A stretch of 64,000 nucleotides of DNA, from assembly GCA_945910645.1 (NCBI GenBank), contig CAMDZB010000001.1, forward strand, positions 67,180-131,179, written 5' to 3'. Below are positions 30,806 through 40,268 of this stretch, in pieces; position 1 is the first letter of the stretch, and each line of letters starts with the position of its first letter. A program made the translations under genes and the position numbers. This DNA comes from an uncultured Spirochaetaceae bacterium (lineage in GTDB: Bacteria; Spirochaetota; Spirochaetia; Sphaerochaetales; Sphaerochaetaceae). The notes beneath the pieces are model-generated. The model made no database searches, was not told the origin of the DNA, and saw only the letters and a program-made list of their open reading frames with translations.

Positions 30806-31051
30806 TTACTCAAAATTTACATTAATTACAGTAATTTCAGGGTCAATTTCGTCTTTTAATGCCTGTTCAATGCCGTTTTTTAACGTCATCTGCGAATATG
30901 CACAGCCAGCACAATGACCAGTGAGAGCAAGTCTAACTTGCTTCTTTTCGTTATCCCAGCTAATAAATTCAAGGTCACCTGAGTGAGCCTGAAGTGCTGG
31001 TCTAAGATTGTCTAATATAACCTTGACTTTATCTTCTAGGTTTTCAGCCAT
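30806..31051 (-). CDS. NifU-like (Nfu) Fe-S cluster domain protein
   Basis: The 81-aa product carries LTGHCAGCAYSQMTLKNGIEQAL, the CxxC NifU C-terminal domain signature. Confidence 0.85.
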   Translation of the reverse strand: MAENLEDKVKVILDNLRPALQAHSGDLEFISWDNEKKQVRLALTGHCAGCAYSQMTLKNGIEQALKDEIDPEITVINVNFE

Positions 31052-31135
31052 AATTTTACTCCTTATCTCTTATTATATTAATAATATAGTCAAATAATAC
31101 TAGAATTTCAATATTTATTGATATATAATTATGAT

Positions 31136-32137
31136 ATGTTTAATAAAAATTTGCTTTCAATTAATAATGATTATTCTCTATTCATGCAGGTTGATGGTAA
31201 GGCGTCAGGTGTTGCTGAAGTATCCAAAACTTTTAAGGGAGCAGAAGAAACTATTCTGTTTCTTCCAATAGAAACAGTTAAGCCAAATCCTTACCAACCA
31301 CGTAAGTATTTTGATGAGAAATCACTCGAAGAATTGTCTGTTTCTGTGTCAAAACACGGCATTCTTCAGCCAATCCTTACTGAGAAAATATCAGACAATG
31401 AATACCGTATAATAGCCGGTGAGAGACGTTATAGAGCTGCATTGATGGCTGGATTAAAAACAGTTCCTGTTGTTGTAAGAGAGTTTTCGAACCTCGAGAG
31501 AATGGAAATTGCAGTAACTGAAAACGTCCAGAGACAGGATCTTAACCCAATTGAAGAAGCTATGGCATACATGTATCTTTCAACAGAGGGCGCTATGTCT
31601 CAAGAGGAGCTTTCAAACCGCATTGGTAAGAGTAGATCGGCAATTGCAAACTCAATTAGGCTTCTACAGCTTCCACAGTCGATGCAGGATGCGCTTCTTG
31701 AAGAAAAACTCACAGCAGGGCATGCACGAGCATTACTACAGACAAAGGCGCCTGCAGATAGAGAAACGCTTTTTAATCTTATTATAAATGAAGGATTATC
31801 TGTAAGAAGTGCAGAGAATCTCGCAAATGAATTCAACAACGGCGGTAGGGCATTTCATAAGACTTCCGATATCCGTAATGGTATTGCCCTGAGCAGTAAA
31901 GGTGACTCAGTATCTGGAAACAACACTCAAGGTGAGAGCCCACGTGATGTCTTTTACGATAGAGAGATTATCACGACCATTCAGGATAAGTTCATCAAGC
32001 TTTTTGGAACAAACGTGACTCTCTCTGGAACATTTAATAAAGGTAAGCTTGTGATCTCGTACAACTCATACAGTAACCTTGAGAAGATCTATGAAAGGGC
32101 TGGTGGAAGTGCACCTCTTGTGGATGAAGAAGAATAA
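31136..32137 (+). CDS. parB: Chromosome partitioning protein ParB/Spo0J
   Basis: ParB box II is IIAGERRYRAA and the N-terminal region reads PNPYQPRKYFDEKSLEELSVSVSKHGILQPI. An HTH segment is also present. The first in-frame ATG is at 31136; the track start at 31118 is a TTG. No parA gene is adjacent. Confidence 0.9.
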   Translation: MFNKNLLSINNDYSLFMQVDGKASGVAEVSKTFKGAEETILFLPIETVKPNPYQPRKYFDEKSLEELSVSVSKHGILQPILTEKISDNEYRIIAGERRYRAALMAGLKTVPVVVREFSNLERMEIAVTENVQRQDLNPIEEAMAYMYLSTEGAMSQEELSNRIGKSRSAIANSIRLLQLPQSMQDALLEEKLTAGHARALLQTKAPADRETLFNLIINEGLSVRSAENLANEFNNGGRAFHKTSDIRNGIALSSKGDSVSGNNTQGESPRDVFYDREIITTIQDKFIKLFGTNVTLSGTFNKGKLVISYNSYSNLEKIYERAGGSAPLVDEEE

Positions 32138-32177
32138 TATTGAAATTATATAAAGAAATCAGAGATTTATATTATAA

Positions 32178-32225
32178 TTATTTAGATTTGATATTAAAAC
32201 AATATCGAGTCTAAATAATTTTATA
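32178..32225 (+). terminator. Probable terminator after parB
   Basis: An imperfect hairpin is formed by TTATTTAGA (32178) and TCTAAATAA (32210), with inner pairing TTGATATT/AATATCGA. It is followed by TTTTAT. Confidence 0.5.
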
Positions 32226-32391
32226 TTAAAATTAAATTGTTATAATAAATAAATTATATAAGTTATCTATAAATTTTATGTTAATAACATATCAGATTTG
32301 TATATAGATAGAATTCTAATATGTAAATTAGCCTGGCAGGAATTTATATATTATGTTGAATTTTGCCCATTTTTTTCGTAAATTCTTATAC

Positions 32392-33162
32392 ATGTACACA
32401 TATGACACAACGGTGATTTCACCATTTTGCGATTCAGATTATTATCTTACAGGCAAGTATTGCTTTTACTATATTCAGGAGGTCGCAGGACGACGAGAGA
32501 TGAGCGTTGGCACTGGAATTCCTGCGCTTCTTAAAGAGAACAAATCATGGGTGCTTCTATCTACACATCTTGAGTTTTATAAGAAGGTGTATTGGCAGAC
32601 TCCGATACATCTTGTAACAGAGGGGTATAAGCCTGTTGGTATGGCTGCTCCACGACGAGTTATGTGTGTTGATGATGAGGGCGATGAGGTATTCAGAGGG
32701 GATAGCATCTTTGCGGTTGTTGGTATTGAGGATGGGAAGCATAGGTTAATTAAACCAAATGAAGTTACAGACCGCTCAACTTATGATGATGACCCTGCGA
32801 TCCCATTTGCACCACGCTTTAGAAAGTTCAATATTGATGATTACGGAACATCATATGTGGTCAAGCACAAGGTACTTCATACAGACTGCGACATCAACGG
32901 TCACATGAACAACCTAAAGTACACATCATGGATGATTTCATGCCTTCCAAGCAACGTTTTTGAGGGCGAAAACGACGTTCAAGAGATGGATGTTGTGTTT
33001 TCACACGAGCTGTATCTCAACGATGAAGTTGATATAAGGGTGTGTTTTGATGAGAAAAACAGCACACCTGAGTCTAAAATCTACTACGTTGCTATCGGGG
33101 AAGCATCCTATGGTAAAATCAAAATTGGCAAGGTAAGAAAAGGTAAAATGAGAACAGAATAA
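32392..33162 (+). CDS. Acyl-ACP thioesterase family protein
   Basis: The fold is a double hot-dog. The TDCDINGHMNNLKYTSW motif is typical of acyl-ACP thioesterases. The start is taken at MYTYDTTV, but the track ATG at 32353 is also possible. Confidence 0.7.
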   Translation: MYTYDTTVISPFCDSDYYLTGKYCFYYIQEVAGRREMSVGTGIPALLKENKSWVLLSTHLEFYKKVYWQTPIHLVTEGYKPVGMAAPRRVMCVDDEGDEVFRGDSIFAVVGIEDGKHRLIKPNEVTDRSTYDDDPAIPFAPRFRKFNIDDYGTSYVVKHKVLHTDCDINGHMNNLKYTSWMISCLPSNVFEGENDVQEMDVVFSHELYLNDEVDIRVCFDEKNSTPESKIYYVAIGEASYGKIKIGKVRKGKMRTE

Positions 33163-33252
33163 GCATCGATTCTGCACTTGTTTAAAATCTAATTAAAATA
33201 TTGTTTAAAAATTATTGTATTTCTTTTGTCTAAGGAATAAAGTATTCCCGTT

Positions 33253-34518
33253 ATGGAATACTTTCTAATTAGTTTGGCATTGGCTCTAATTTTAGGGCTG
33301 CTTCTTTCGCGTGTGGCAAAAAAAGTTGGACTTCCTGCAGTCACAGCATATTTAATTGCAGGAGTGATTCTAGGTCCATTTGTACTTGGTCGATTCGACG
33401 TGTACGGACTTGGGTTTACATCTGAAAATTACGTTGCCAACTTTAAGATACTTTCACAGCTTGCTTTAGGGTTTATTGCGTTCACTATAGGCAATGAATT
33501 TAGGCTAAAGGACCTTAAAAGTATGGGGAAAGAGGCCATCACTGTTGGTATTCTTCAGGCTGTAATTACAACCGCACTTGTAGATTTAGTGTTGATTATA
33601 CTTCATTTTATTGCGCCTCATATCATCTCGCTAAGTGCAGCAATTGTCCTTGGTGCAATCGCAGCAGCAACAGCTCCTGCCGCCACTCTCATGGTTGTGA
33701 AGCAATACAAGGCAAAAGGGCCACTTACAAAGCTACTTTTGATGGTTGTTGCGCTTGATGACGCTGTAGGACTCGTGCTCTTTTCGGTGTCGTTTGGTAT
33801 CGCATCAAGCATCGAACTTGGCACAGTAAGCGTATCGTCAATGCTTCTTGAGCCGCTCATAGAAGTGGTGCTCTCAGCAGTTTACGGCGTACTTGCAGGC
33901 GTGATCCTTAACTATCTTGAGAAGTACTTTCACTCAAGGAGTAAGCGTCTTTCGCTTGTCGTTGCATTTGTGATGTTAACCTCAGGGCTCAGCATGGTTG
34001 AGTTTGACCTCTTTGGCGTTCACTTCTCATCGTCGTTGTTGCTCACATGTATGATCGCAGGAACAACATTCTGTAACATCTGTTCGGCATCAGAAGAGAT
34101 CATGGATCGTCTCGATCGCTGGACTGCACCAATCAATATACTTTTCTTTGTGATTTCAGGCGCGGAGCTCGACTTCTCAATCCTTGCAAATCCGCTTGTA
34201 CTATTAATAGGATGCATCTATATCATCACCCGTTCAAGTGGTAAAATCGGCGGATCATACATCAGTACAAAGCTCACCCATTGTTCTAAGGAGATTCAGC
34301 ATCACCTCGGCATCACACTCCTTCCTCAGGCAGGCGTTGCCCTCGGTATGGCAAACTCAGCCTTAGCGTTCCAGGATGGTAAGATCATCTGTAACATCGT
34401 CCTTTTCTCCGTGTTTGTCTATGAACTCGTAGGGCCGGCTCTTACTAAGAATTCGCTTGTTCGTGCAGGGGAGATACAGTTGGATCAGAGGAAGAGTTCG
34501 CGAGTCGAGAACTCTTAG
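33253..34518 (+). CDS. Cation:proton antiporter (CPA2/Kef-type membrane domain)
   Basis: The 421-aa polytopic protein has an N-terminus (LLLSRVAKKVGLPAVTAYLIAGVILGP) typical of Na+/H+ exchanger family proteins. Confidence 0.8.
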   Translation: MEYFLISLALALILGLLLSRVAKKVGLPAVTAYLIAGVILGPFVLGRFDVYGLGFTSENYVANFKILSQLALGFIAFTIGNEFRLKDLKSMGKEAITVGILQAVITTALVDLVLIILHFIAPHIISLSAAIVLGAIAAATAPAATLMVVKQYKAKGPLTKLLLMVVALDDAVGLVLFSVSFGIASSIELGTVSVSSMLLEPLIEVVLSAVYGVLAGVILNYLEKYFHSRSKRLSLVVAFVMLTSGLSMVEFDLFGVHFSSSLLLTCMIAGTTFCNICSASEEIMDRLDRWTAPINILFFVISGAELDFSILANPLVLLIGCIYIITRSSGKIGGSYISTKLTHCSKEIQHHLGITLLPQAGVALGMANSALAFQDGKIICNIVLFSVFVYELVGPALTKNSLVRAGEIQLDQRKSSRVENS

Positions 34519-34680
34519 GCTTGAGCGAATCTTGAGCGATTCTGCATCGTCAGGCTGGCGCGACTTCATCTCTTGGCCTACTAATTTGCTTTTGAAAGCA
34601 GTGACCACAATGTTTTAGTTGCGGAATTTGAAAAGTGCGGGTAAAATAAAGTTAGACTTTAGTTTTATCGGAGATTTGAT

Positions 34681-35904
34681 ATGTATATCAAGAGACATTT
34701 GGAAAGCGAGGTTCTCAAAGCATCAAAAAATTATCCAGTAGTTATGGTATGTGGTCAGAGGCAGGTTGGCAAATCAACAATGCTATATCACATAAAAGAA
34801 AATGACAGAGTATACGTGTCACTTGACGATATAAACGCTCGTCGTCTTGCAGAAAACGATCCAACTTTATTTTTTGAAACATACGGATATAAGCTTATTA
34901 TTGATGAGTTTCAAAGAGTTCCAGATATACTTCTTGAGATCAAAAGGATTATCGATGAGAGGGCTCTGAAAGGTGATGATAACTCTGGTATGTTCTGGCT
35001 TACGGGCTCACAAAAGTTCAAGATGATGAAGAATATTTCAGAAAGCCTTGCAGGACGAGTTGCCGTGTTTGATATGTCGAGTCTCTCATCATCGGAAATA
35101 GATGGGAGATACTCACACTGCTTTTCACCTAAAATTGATGTGATTAAGGCTTATCAAGAGGGGCTACATGCTAAAAATATTCACGAAATCTACGAGGCTA
35201 TTTTTAAGGGCGGAATGCCGAAGCTCATCACATCGGACATAGAAAGAGATAGATATTATGCCGATTATGTTAATACGTATCTTGAGCGAGACATCAAAGA
35301 TCTCTCACAGGTTGGCAACTTGAGTAAGTTTTATGACTTCTTGGTGCTCATTGCCGCGCGTACAGCACAGGAACTAAAGTATAGCGATCTTGCAAACGCC
35401 GTAGGAATTTCAGCCCCAACAATTAAGAACTGGGTAAGCATCCTTGAGCGATCAGGCGTAATCTTCCTTCTTCATCCTTACTCATCTAATCTATCAAAGC
35501 GGCTCGTTAAAACACCTAAGATCTACTTTATGGATACAGGATTATGTGCATATTTATGCCGTTGGCCGAATCCAGAAACATTAGAGAATGGTGCAATGGA
35601 TGGCGCCTTCTTAGAAACTTATGCTGTCTCTGAGATTGTAAAAAGTTACTACAACTCTGGCATCACTCCAAACTTCTATTATTACCGTGATACAGACAAG
35701 AAGGAAATAGATCTCCTCTTTGAAGAAGCTAACACGCTCTATCCTGTTGAAATCAAGAAATCCATATCTCCTCAAGGTGCTGATAAAAACTTTAACGCTC
35801 TTAATAAGTTTAATAAAACTGTCGCCCCTGGCGTAATCCTTTGCTTAACGCCTGCGGTTGTTCCTGTTAAGAGGGGACTTTTTCTTTGCCCTCTCGTTGT
35901 CTAG
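34681..35904 (+). CDS. AAA-family ATPase with a DUF4143-type C-terminal domain
   Basis: The Walker A motif is GQRQVGKST and the Walker B motif is LIIDEFQ. The C-terminal region is conserved with the paralogue at 58036..59238 (YFMDTGLCAYL, ETYAVSEIVKSY, EIDLL). Confidence 0.75.
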   Translation: MYIKRHLESEVLKASKNYPVVMVCGQRQVGKSTMLYHIKENDRVYVSLDDINARRLAENDPTLFFETYGYKLIIDEFQRVPDILLEIKRIIDERALKGDDNSGMFWLTGSQKFKMMKNISESLAGRVAVFDMSSLSSSEIDGRYSHCFSPKIDVIKAYQEGLHAKNIHEIYEAIFKGGMPKLITSDIERDRYYADYVNTYLERDIKDLSQVGNLSKFYDFLVLIAARTAQELKYSDLANAVGISAPTIKNWVSILERSGVIFLLHPYSSNLSKRLVKTPKIYFMDTGLCAYLCRWPNPETLENGAMDGAFLETYAVSEIVKSYYNSGITPNFYYYRDTDKKEIDLLFEEANTLYPVEIKKSISPQGADKNFNALNKFNKTVAPGVILCLTPAVVPVKRGLFLCPLVV

Positions 35905-35914
35905 GCTCGCTGTA

Positions 35915-37351
35915 TTACAAGTCACATCCTACTTCGATTGCAATGGTAAAGCAAGGATCCATAAAGTTGATATGCGTATATCCCGAATCGCCTCCATACG
36001 CTTTGTACTGATCCCAAAACATATTATCAGCCTTCATGTTGTTAAAAATTAAGCGAGTGGATAAAGTGAAAACAAGCTTATACGAAAATGTAGATGTTGA
36101 TAAAAGCTTATCGGGGAACAAAGAAAAACCCACATTAGGAGCCATTACAAAAGTATAAATACTTTTATAATCAATGTTGTTTTCACCGTTTGGAACAACT
36201 CCGTTTTTATACTCATACATTGTCCAGCGTGCATAGCCTAAACCCAAACCGACAAATGGAGCAAACCATCCCTTTGACCAGCCTGATGGCACATCATACT
36301 GAACACCAAAAAGCGTAAAAGCATGATCCCTCTCGCTTGATACAAACGTCCTACCTGACGTCCATGCATTCTCTATATAAACCCTAAAATCAGTGTTCGG
36401 TATCTTATACGAAAGTTTTGAATTCCATCTTGTGTGATTGTTAAAATTGTATCCTTTAAAATTGTATCCGAAAGAATAATATAAGTCGCTGTTTTTATAC
36501 TGTCCGTTAAATGATGAAAATTCAAAGAAATCAATGAAAAACGTAGCATATGCAGAAGTGGATGAGAAAACACGCGAATATTTTATTGAAAATATTCCCA
36601 GATTGAACTGAGTTCTTAGATTAAAGCCTTTAAGGTAGTTTAAATAAACTTTTTGAGTGTAGTTTTCACCGTGCTGCTGATAAAAACTATATCCTAAAAG
36701 AACATCAAAAATATCCTTGTGTTTTTTTCCTATTTTAAAGTTCAAAAACAGCGATTGTTCATACTGAAACAAGATATCATTAATTGATGATAATCTTACC
36801 CCTGCTTTCAGAACACTATCATCCGCAATTTCCGTTTTATATAGAGCATCAACACTCAATGCGATGTGTGGTGAATATATATTTCTCCCCTCATACGTAA
36901 GGTTATAGCCTTTAATGCCCAAGAGCTTATGCCACTCGTTTTGTACCTTCTGTATCCCGGCATTTCCAAAAAACGCAAATCCCACGGATGGGGTTAAAAT
37001 CAATTCAAAACTGCCTGTATCCGCTACCCCTGTAGTCATTGAAGCAATTCCATATATCCTGTCGTATCTGCCTTCATGGCGAACTCCATCGAAATACCAA
37101 CCCTTGTTTGTAATAGCATCTATTCCGAAGGCAAATTTCCAAAGCGGAGCTGACACTTCTCCTTCAAAAGAAAACGAAAGCTGATCGTCCTGATTAATAC
37201 CGCTTGCAAAAGTAAACATATCGTTACCGGTGCCAAGTTTTACCGTATATGGAACAGCATTCTCCTTTGATAATTCCGGAGCACCGAAGACACTTGTTAC
37301 GCATAAGACAGACAGAAGTATAACAATTATTTGCTTTCTCATTTTTTGCAT
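35915..37351 (-). CDS. Hypothetical outer-membrane beta-barrel-like protein
   Basis: The product has a signal peptide and is rich in alternating aromatic/Gly beta-strand patterns. No family was recognised. Confidence 0.45.
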   Translation of the reverse strand: MQKMRKQIIVILLSVLCVTSVFGAPELSKENAVPYTVKLGTGNDMFTFASGINQDDQLSFSFEGEVSAPLWKFAFGIDAITNKGWYFDGVRHEGRYDRIYGIASMTTGVADTGSFELILTPSVGFAFFGNAGIQKVQNEWHKLLGIKGYNLTYEGRNIYSPHIALSVDALYKTEIADDSVLKAGVRLSSINDILFQYEQSLFLNFKIGKKHKDIFDVLLGYSFYQQHGENYTQKVYLNYLKGFNLRTQFNLGIFSIKYSRVFSSTSAYATFFIDFFEFSSFNGQYKNSDLYYSFGYNFKGYNFNNHTRWNSKLSYKIPNTDFRVYIENAWTSGRTFVSSERDHAFTLFGVQYDVPSGWSKGWFAPFVGLGLGYARWTMYEYKNGVVPNGENNIDYKSIYTFVMAPNVGFSLFPDKLLSTSTFSYKLVFTLSTRLIFNNMKADNMFWDQYKAYGGDSGYTHINFMDPCFTIAIEVGCDL

Positions 37352-37451
37352 CTTTTTATACCGTTGTACAATGAGTAATACCGCCTAATGCATTCCTTGT
37401 TTTCGATGTAGAACTGCTTGATTTTTAAATAACTCTTTATAAATTCAGCAA

Positions 37452-37488
37452 CAAAATGCCCGTTCTAAAACAGGACGGGCATTTTTTA
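37452..37488 (-). terminator. Rho-independent (bidirectional) terminator after the fur/PTPS-like operon
   Basis: The hairpin is ATGCCCGT...ACGGGCAT (37456-37482). It is flanked by an A-run on one side and a T-run on the other. Confidence 0.8.
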
Positions 37489-37502
37489 TTAAACGGAAGC
37501 GA

Positions 37503-38066
37503 TTATTTCTTATATCCGCACTTTGGACAAGTTCCGGCTTTATCCAAAGCAATTCCGCAAAGGGGACAACGGTCAATTTTGTTCTTTGTTTCGAATTCAC
37601 AAGATGCAGCATTAACGCCGCTTGTAAATGTCAGTTTTGCTATGTTCAATTTATCCTTTAAGAGGTCGTAAACAATTTTAATCATGCCCTCAACCGTCAT
37701 AGTTTCTTTGGTTACTACAAGTCTGCATTCCGGATAAGCTGTAGCTAACTCAGTTTTAAATGCTGGTCCTTTCATTACGTTTGTAGATGTTCCGTTTTTG
37801 ATACCCTGTTTTTCATACACAGACAGAATAGCAGGAAGAAGCGGATCATCCTCTCTTAAAATGAGCGCATGATCAAAGTTCTTTAATACATTCCATGCTG
37901 TTTTTTGTATTTCGTTACATGGGAATACCATGTTTACTCCTTTTTCAATAGAATCTTCAACTTCTATTGTTAAAACACCTGTGTGGCCATGTAAATACTG
38001 TGCTTCACCTTGGAAGCGGTAAAATCTGTGAGCATATTGTAGCTCAATTGTTGTGATACTTCTCAT
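37503..38066 (-). CDS. 6-pyruvoyl-tetrahydropterin synthase / QueD-family protein with a C-terminal zinc ribbon
   Basis: ELQYAHRF...YLHGHTGVLTIEVE and NFDHALIL resemble the PTPS/QueD zinc-binding signature. The C-terminus reads CPLCGIALDKAGTCPKCG. The ATG at 38066 is preceded by AAAGGAGAA; the track start at 38111 is a TTG. Confidence 0.65.
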   Translation of the reverse strand: MRSITTIELQYAHRFYRFQGEAQYLHGHTGVLTIEVEDSIEKGVNMVFPCNEIQKTAWNVLKNFDHALILREDDPLLPAILSVYEKQGIKNGTSTNVMKGPAFKTELATAYPECRLVVTKETMTVEGMIKIVYDLLKDKLNIAKLTFTSGVNAASCEFETKNKIDRCPLCGIALDKAGTCPKCGYKK

Positions 38067-38119
38067 AATATTCTCCTTTTGCCGAATATACGGCGTTGAT
38101 ATTAGCGACAAGGGGGGAT

Positions 38120-38491
38120 TTAACAGTTTTCCTTCTTTGCCTTACATTCAGGACAAATATTGAAAACTTTTAAATCGTAATAACAAAAATCATCTCCGAT
38201 ATGTTTTTTAATCATCTGTGTAAGATCGTCAAATTGTATGTCGGTGAGTTTTCCGCATTCTTTACATACAAGATGGTCGTGTTTATGGGCAGAATCAAAC
38301 CTGTCACACATGTCCTCTATGCACACTTTGCGGATCAATCCACCTTCACATAATTTGTTCAAATTATTATACACCGTTGCTTGAACAACATCGGGAAATA
38401 ATTCTTTAAGTTTCTCATATACCTGGTTAACCGTAAGGTGATTATGAGATTGTGTGACTATGTCATAGCATGCTTTTTCGTACTTCGTCAC
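38120..38491 (-). CDS. Fur-family transcriptional regulator (Fur/Zur/PerR type)
   Basis: The 123-aa product has a winged helix (TVYNNLNKLCEGGLIRKV), a HKHDHLVCKECGK motif and a C-terminal CPEC motif. The start is a GTG preceded by a G-rich RBS. Confidence 0.8.
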   Translation of the reverse strand: MTKYEKACYDIVTQSHNHLTVNQVYEKLKELFPDVVQATVYNNLNKLCEGGLIRKVCIEDMCDRFDSAHKHDHLVCKECGKLTDIQFDDLTQMIKKHIGDDFCYYDLKVFNICPECKAKKENC

Positions 38492-38523
38492 AACGTCCCC
38501 CCCTAACTATCATTTTTAGAACT

Positions 38524-38559
38524 GTTCTAATTTTATTATAATTAGACTAATTCTAATTG
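38524..38559. promoter_or_regulatory. Candidate operator upstream of the Fur-family gene
   Basis: TTCTAATT (38525) and AATTAGA (38540) form an inverted repeat. A third direct copy of TTCTAATT lies at 38551. The elements sit 33-68 nt upstream of the GTG start. Confidence 0.4.
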
Positions 38560-38595
38560 TCAACAATAAATCTACTTTTTTTTGTTAAATAATTC

Positions 38596-39972
38596 TTACC
38601 AAAAGTTTTTGTTGTCTATCTTATTTCTTTCTTTTATAAACAATGCGTATGCCAATATGGTTGAAAGAACTTCCGAAATAGGGAAGGCAACCCATACTCC
38701 TGAAATTCCCAGCGCAGTTTTTGAAAGGAAAAAAGCAAGTGGTACAAGTAGAATTAATTGTCGTGCAAGGTTTACGCTCATTGCGCTTACTCCGGCTCCA
38801 ATCCCCATGAAAAAGCCGTTTATGACAATCGCAATAGCTGAAAAGATAAATCCGATACTGATTATTCTGAATGCAACATAAGCAATTTTATTCATTTCTT
38901 CTGTTGTTTTGAACGGCAAAAGAATAAGGTTTGGGAAAAATTGAAACAATAAAGTGCCTAAAAGCATTACGGAACATCCGATAGCCATGGCTATTCTAAC
39001 GGTTTTTACAACGCGGTCTTTGTTTCTTGCACCGTAATTGTATCCGACAATGGGTATTACTCCGGAGTTCAATCCGAATAGCGGCATATACAAAAAGCTT
39101 TGAACCTTAAAATACAGTCCAAACACGGCAACGGCTATCTCCGAAAAAGCAACAACAATAATATTCATAAAGAGGGTAGAGATGCTTGTTAGTCCCTGAA
39201 GAACTATTGAAGGAAGTGCAACCTTATATATTTCTTTAATAGTCTGTTTTTCGGGTTTGAACTTAATAAGGTTGTGTATTCTTGCAGAGAGAATGTTTAT
39301 TCTTCTATAGAATAGGTAGCCGAGTATGCATCCAGCAATTTGTCCCAAAACCGTAGCAAGAGCAGCTCCTGCAACTCCCATTTCGGGGAACGGTCCGATT
39401 CCGAATATAAAAACAGGGTCTAAAACTATATTAATCAGAGCGCTTACTATTTGTACTATCATAGGATGAATTGAATCCCCCTCAGCCTGCATTAAACGCT
39501 CTATAACCGAACTAAACATCAACGGTGTGGATATTATAAGACATATTGAAAGATACGCCTTGGTTCCGTTTATTATTTCGGGATCAGATGAAAATGCATT
39601 TGCAAAAACACCCGAAAAGAAAATTCCAAAAAGAATAAATACCAAGCTCGAGATTATTTCAAGCCACATTCCCGTAATGGCTACTTTGTTGGCCTTTTCT
39701 GTGTTTCCAGCTCCAAGATATCGAGAAGTTAATGAATTAATTCCTATTGCGGTTCCCGAACAAACTGCAATAATTCCCATTTGCAAAGGGAATACTATAG
39801 AAAGGGAAGCCAAGTATTTTGCACTGTAATGAGAGATGAAAATGCTGTCTACCACATTGTAAAGAGCCATAACCATCATTGAAAACATTATGGGGATACT
39901 CATTTTACAAATAAGAATACCTATGTTCTCAACACCTAATATATTTCTGTCGCTATTGCTGTTGTTAATCAT
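38596..39972 (-). CDS. MATE family efflux transporter
   Basis: The 458-aa product has about 12 TM segments. The N-terminus is typical of the MATE family (IPIMFSMMVMALYNVVDSIFISH). Confidence 0.85.
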   Translation of the reverse strand: MINNSNSDRNILGVENIGILICKMSIPIMFSMMVMALYNVVDSIFISHYSAKYLASLSIVFPLQMGIIAVCSGTAIGINSLTSRYLGAGNTEKANKVAITGMWLEIISSLVFILFGIFFSGVFANAFSSDPEIINGTKAYLSICLIISTPLMFSSVIERLMQAEGDSIHPMIVQIVSALINIVLDPVFIFGIGPFPEMGVAGAALATVLGQIAGCILGYLFYRRINILSARIHNLIKFKPEKQTIKEIYKVALPSIVLQGLTSISTLFMNIIVVAFSEIAVAVFGLYFKVQSFLYMPLFGLNSGVIPIVGYNYGARNKDRVVKTVRIAMAIGCSVMLLGTLLFQFFPNLILLPFKTTEEMNKIAYVAFRIISIGFIFSAIAIVINGFFMGIGAGVSAMSVNLARQLILLVPLAFFLSKTALGISGVWVAFPISEVLSTILAYALFIKERNKIDNKNFW

Positions 39973-40216
39973 AGTTTAATATGTTTGATGAAAAAAAATT
40001 TTTTGTCAATTGTTTATCTAAATCACTTCTATCTGTGATAAAAACGATTGTTGTACTATGTAATTCTTCGCTTTTCATTAAAAGTATTGCTAAAAATAGC
40101 ATTCCGTAACTTTTGCCTAGCTTGTTGTTCCAAAATATGTTTCGCCTTTTCTCATGCACGCAACCATTAAAACGTTCCGGAGCTTTCTTCTGCTTGTGCG
40201 TATGCCCGCCAATCAA
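39965..40216 (-). pseudogene. Relic of a type I restriction enzyme R subunit (hsdR) helicase motif I region
   Basis: The 83-codon fragment reads IFWNNKLGKSYGMLFLAILLMK...TIVFITDRSDLDKQL. This resembles the HsdR segment IWHTxGSGKSxTMxFLA...xVxDRxDLDxQ, but with a degenerate Walker A. About 95% of a normal hsdR gene is missing. Confidence 0.45.
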
Positions 40217-40268
40217 ATCCGCCTAAATTGCTGTTCGAAGTCGTATATAAAATTGGGAGGGAGTAGAA

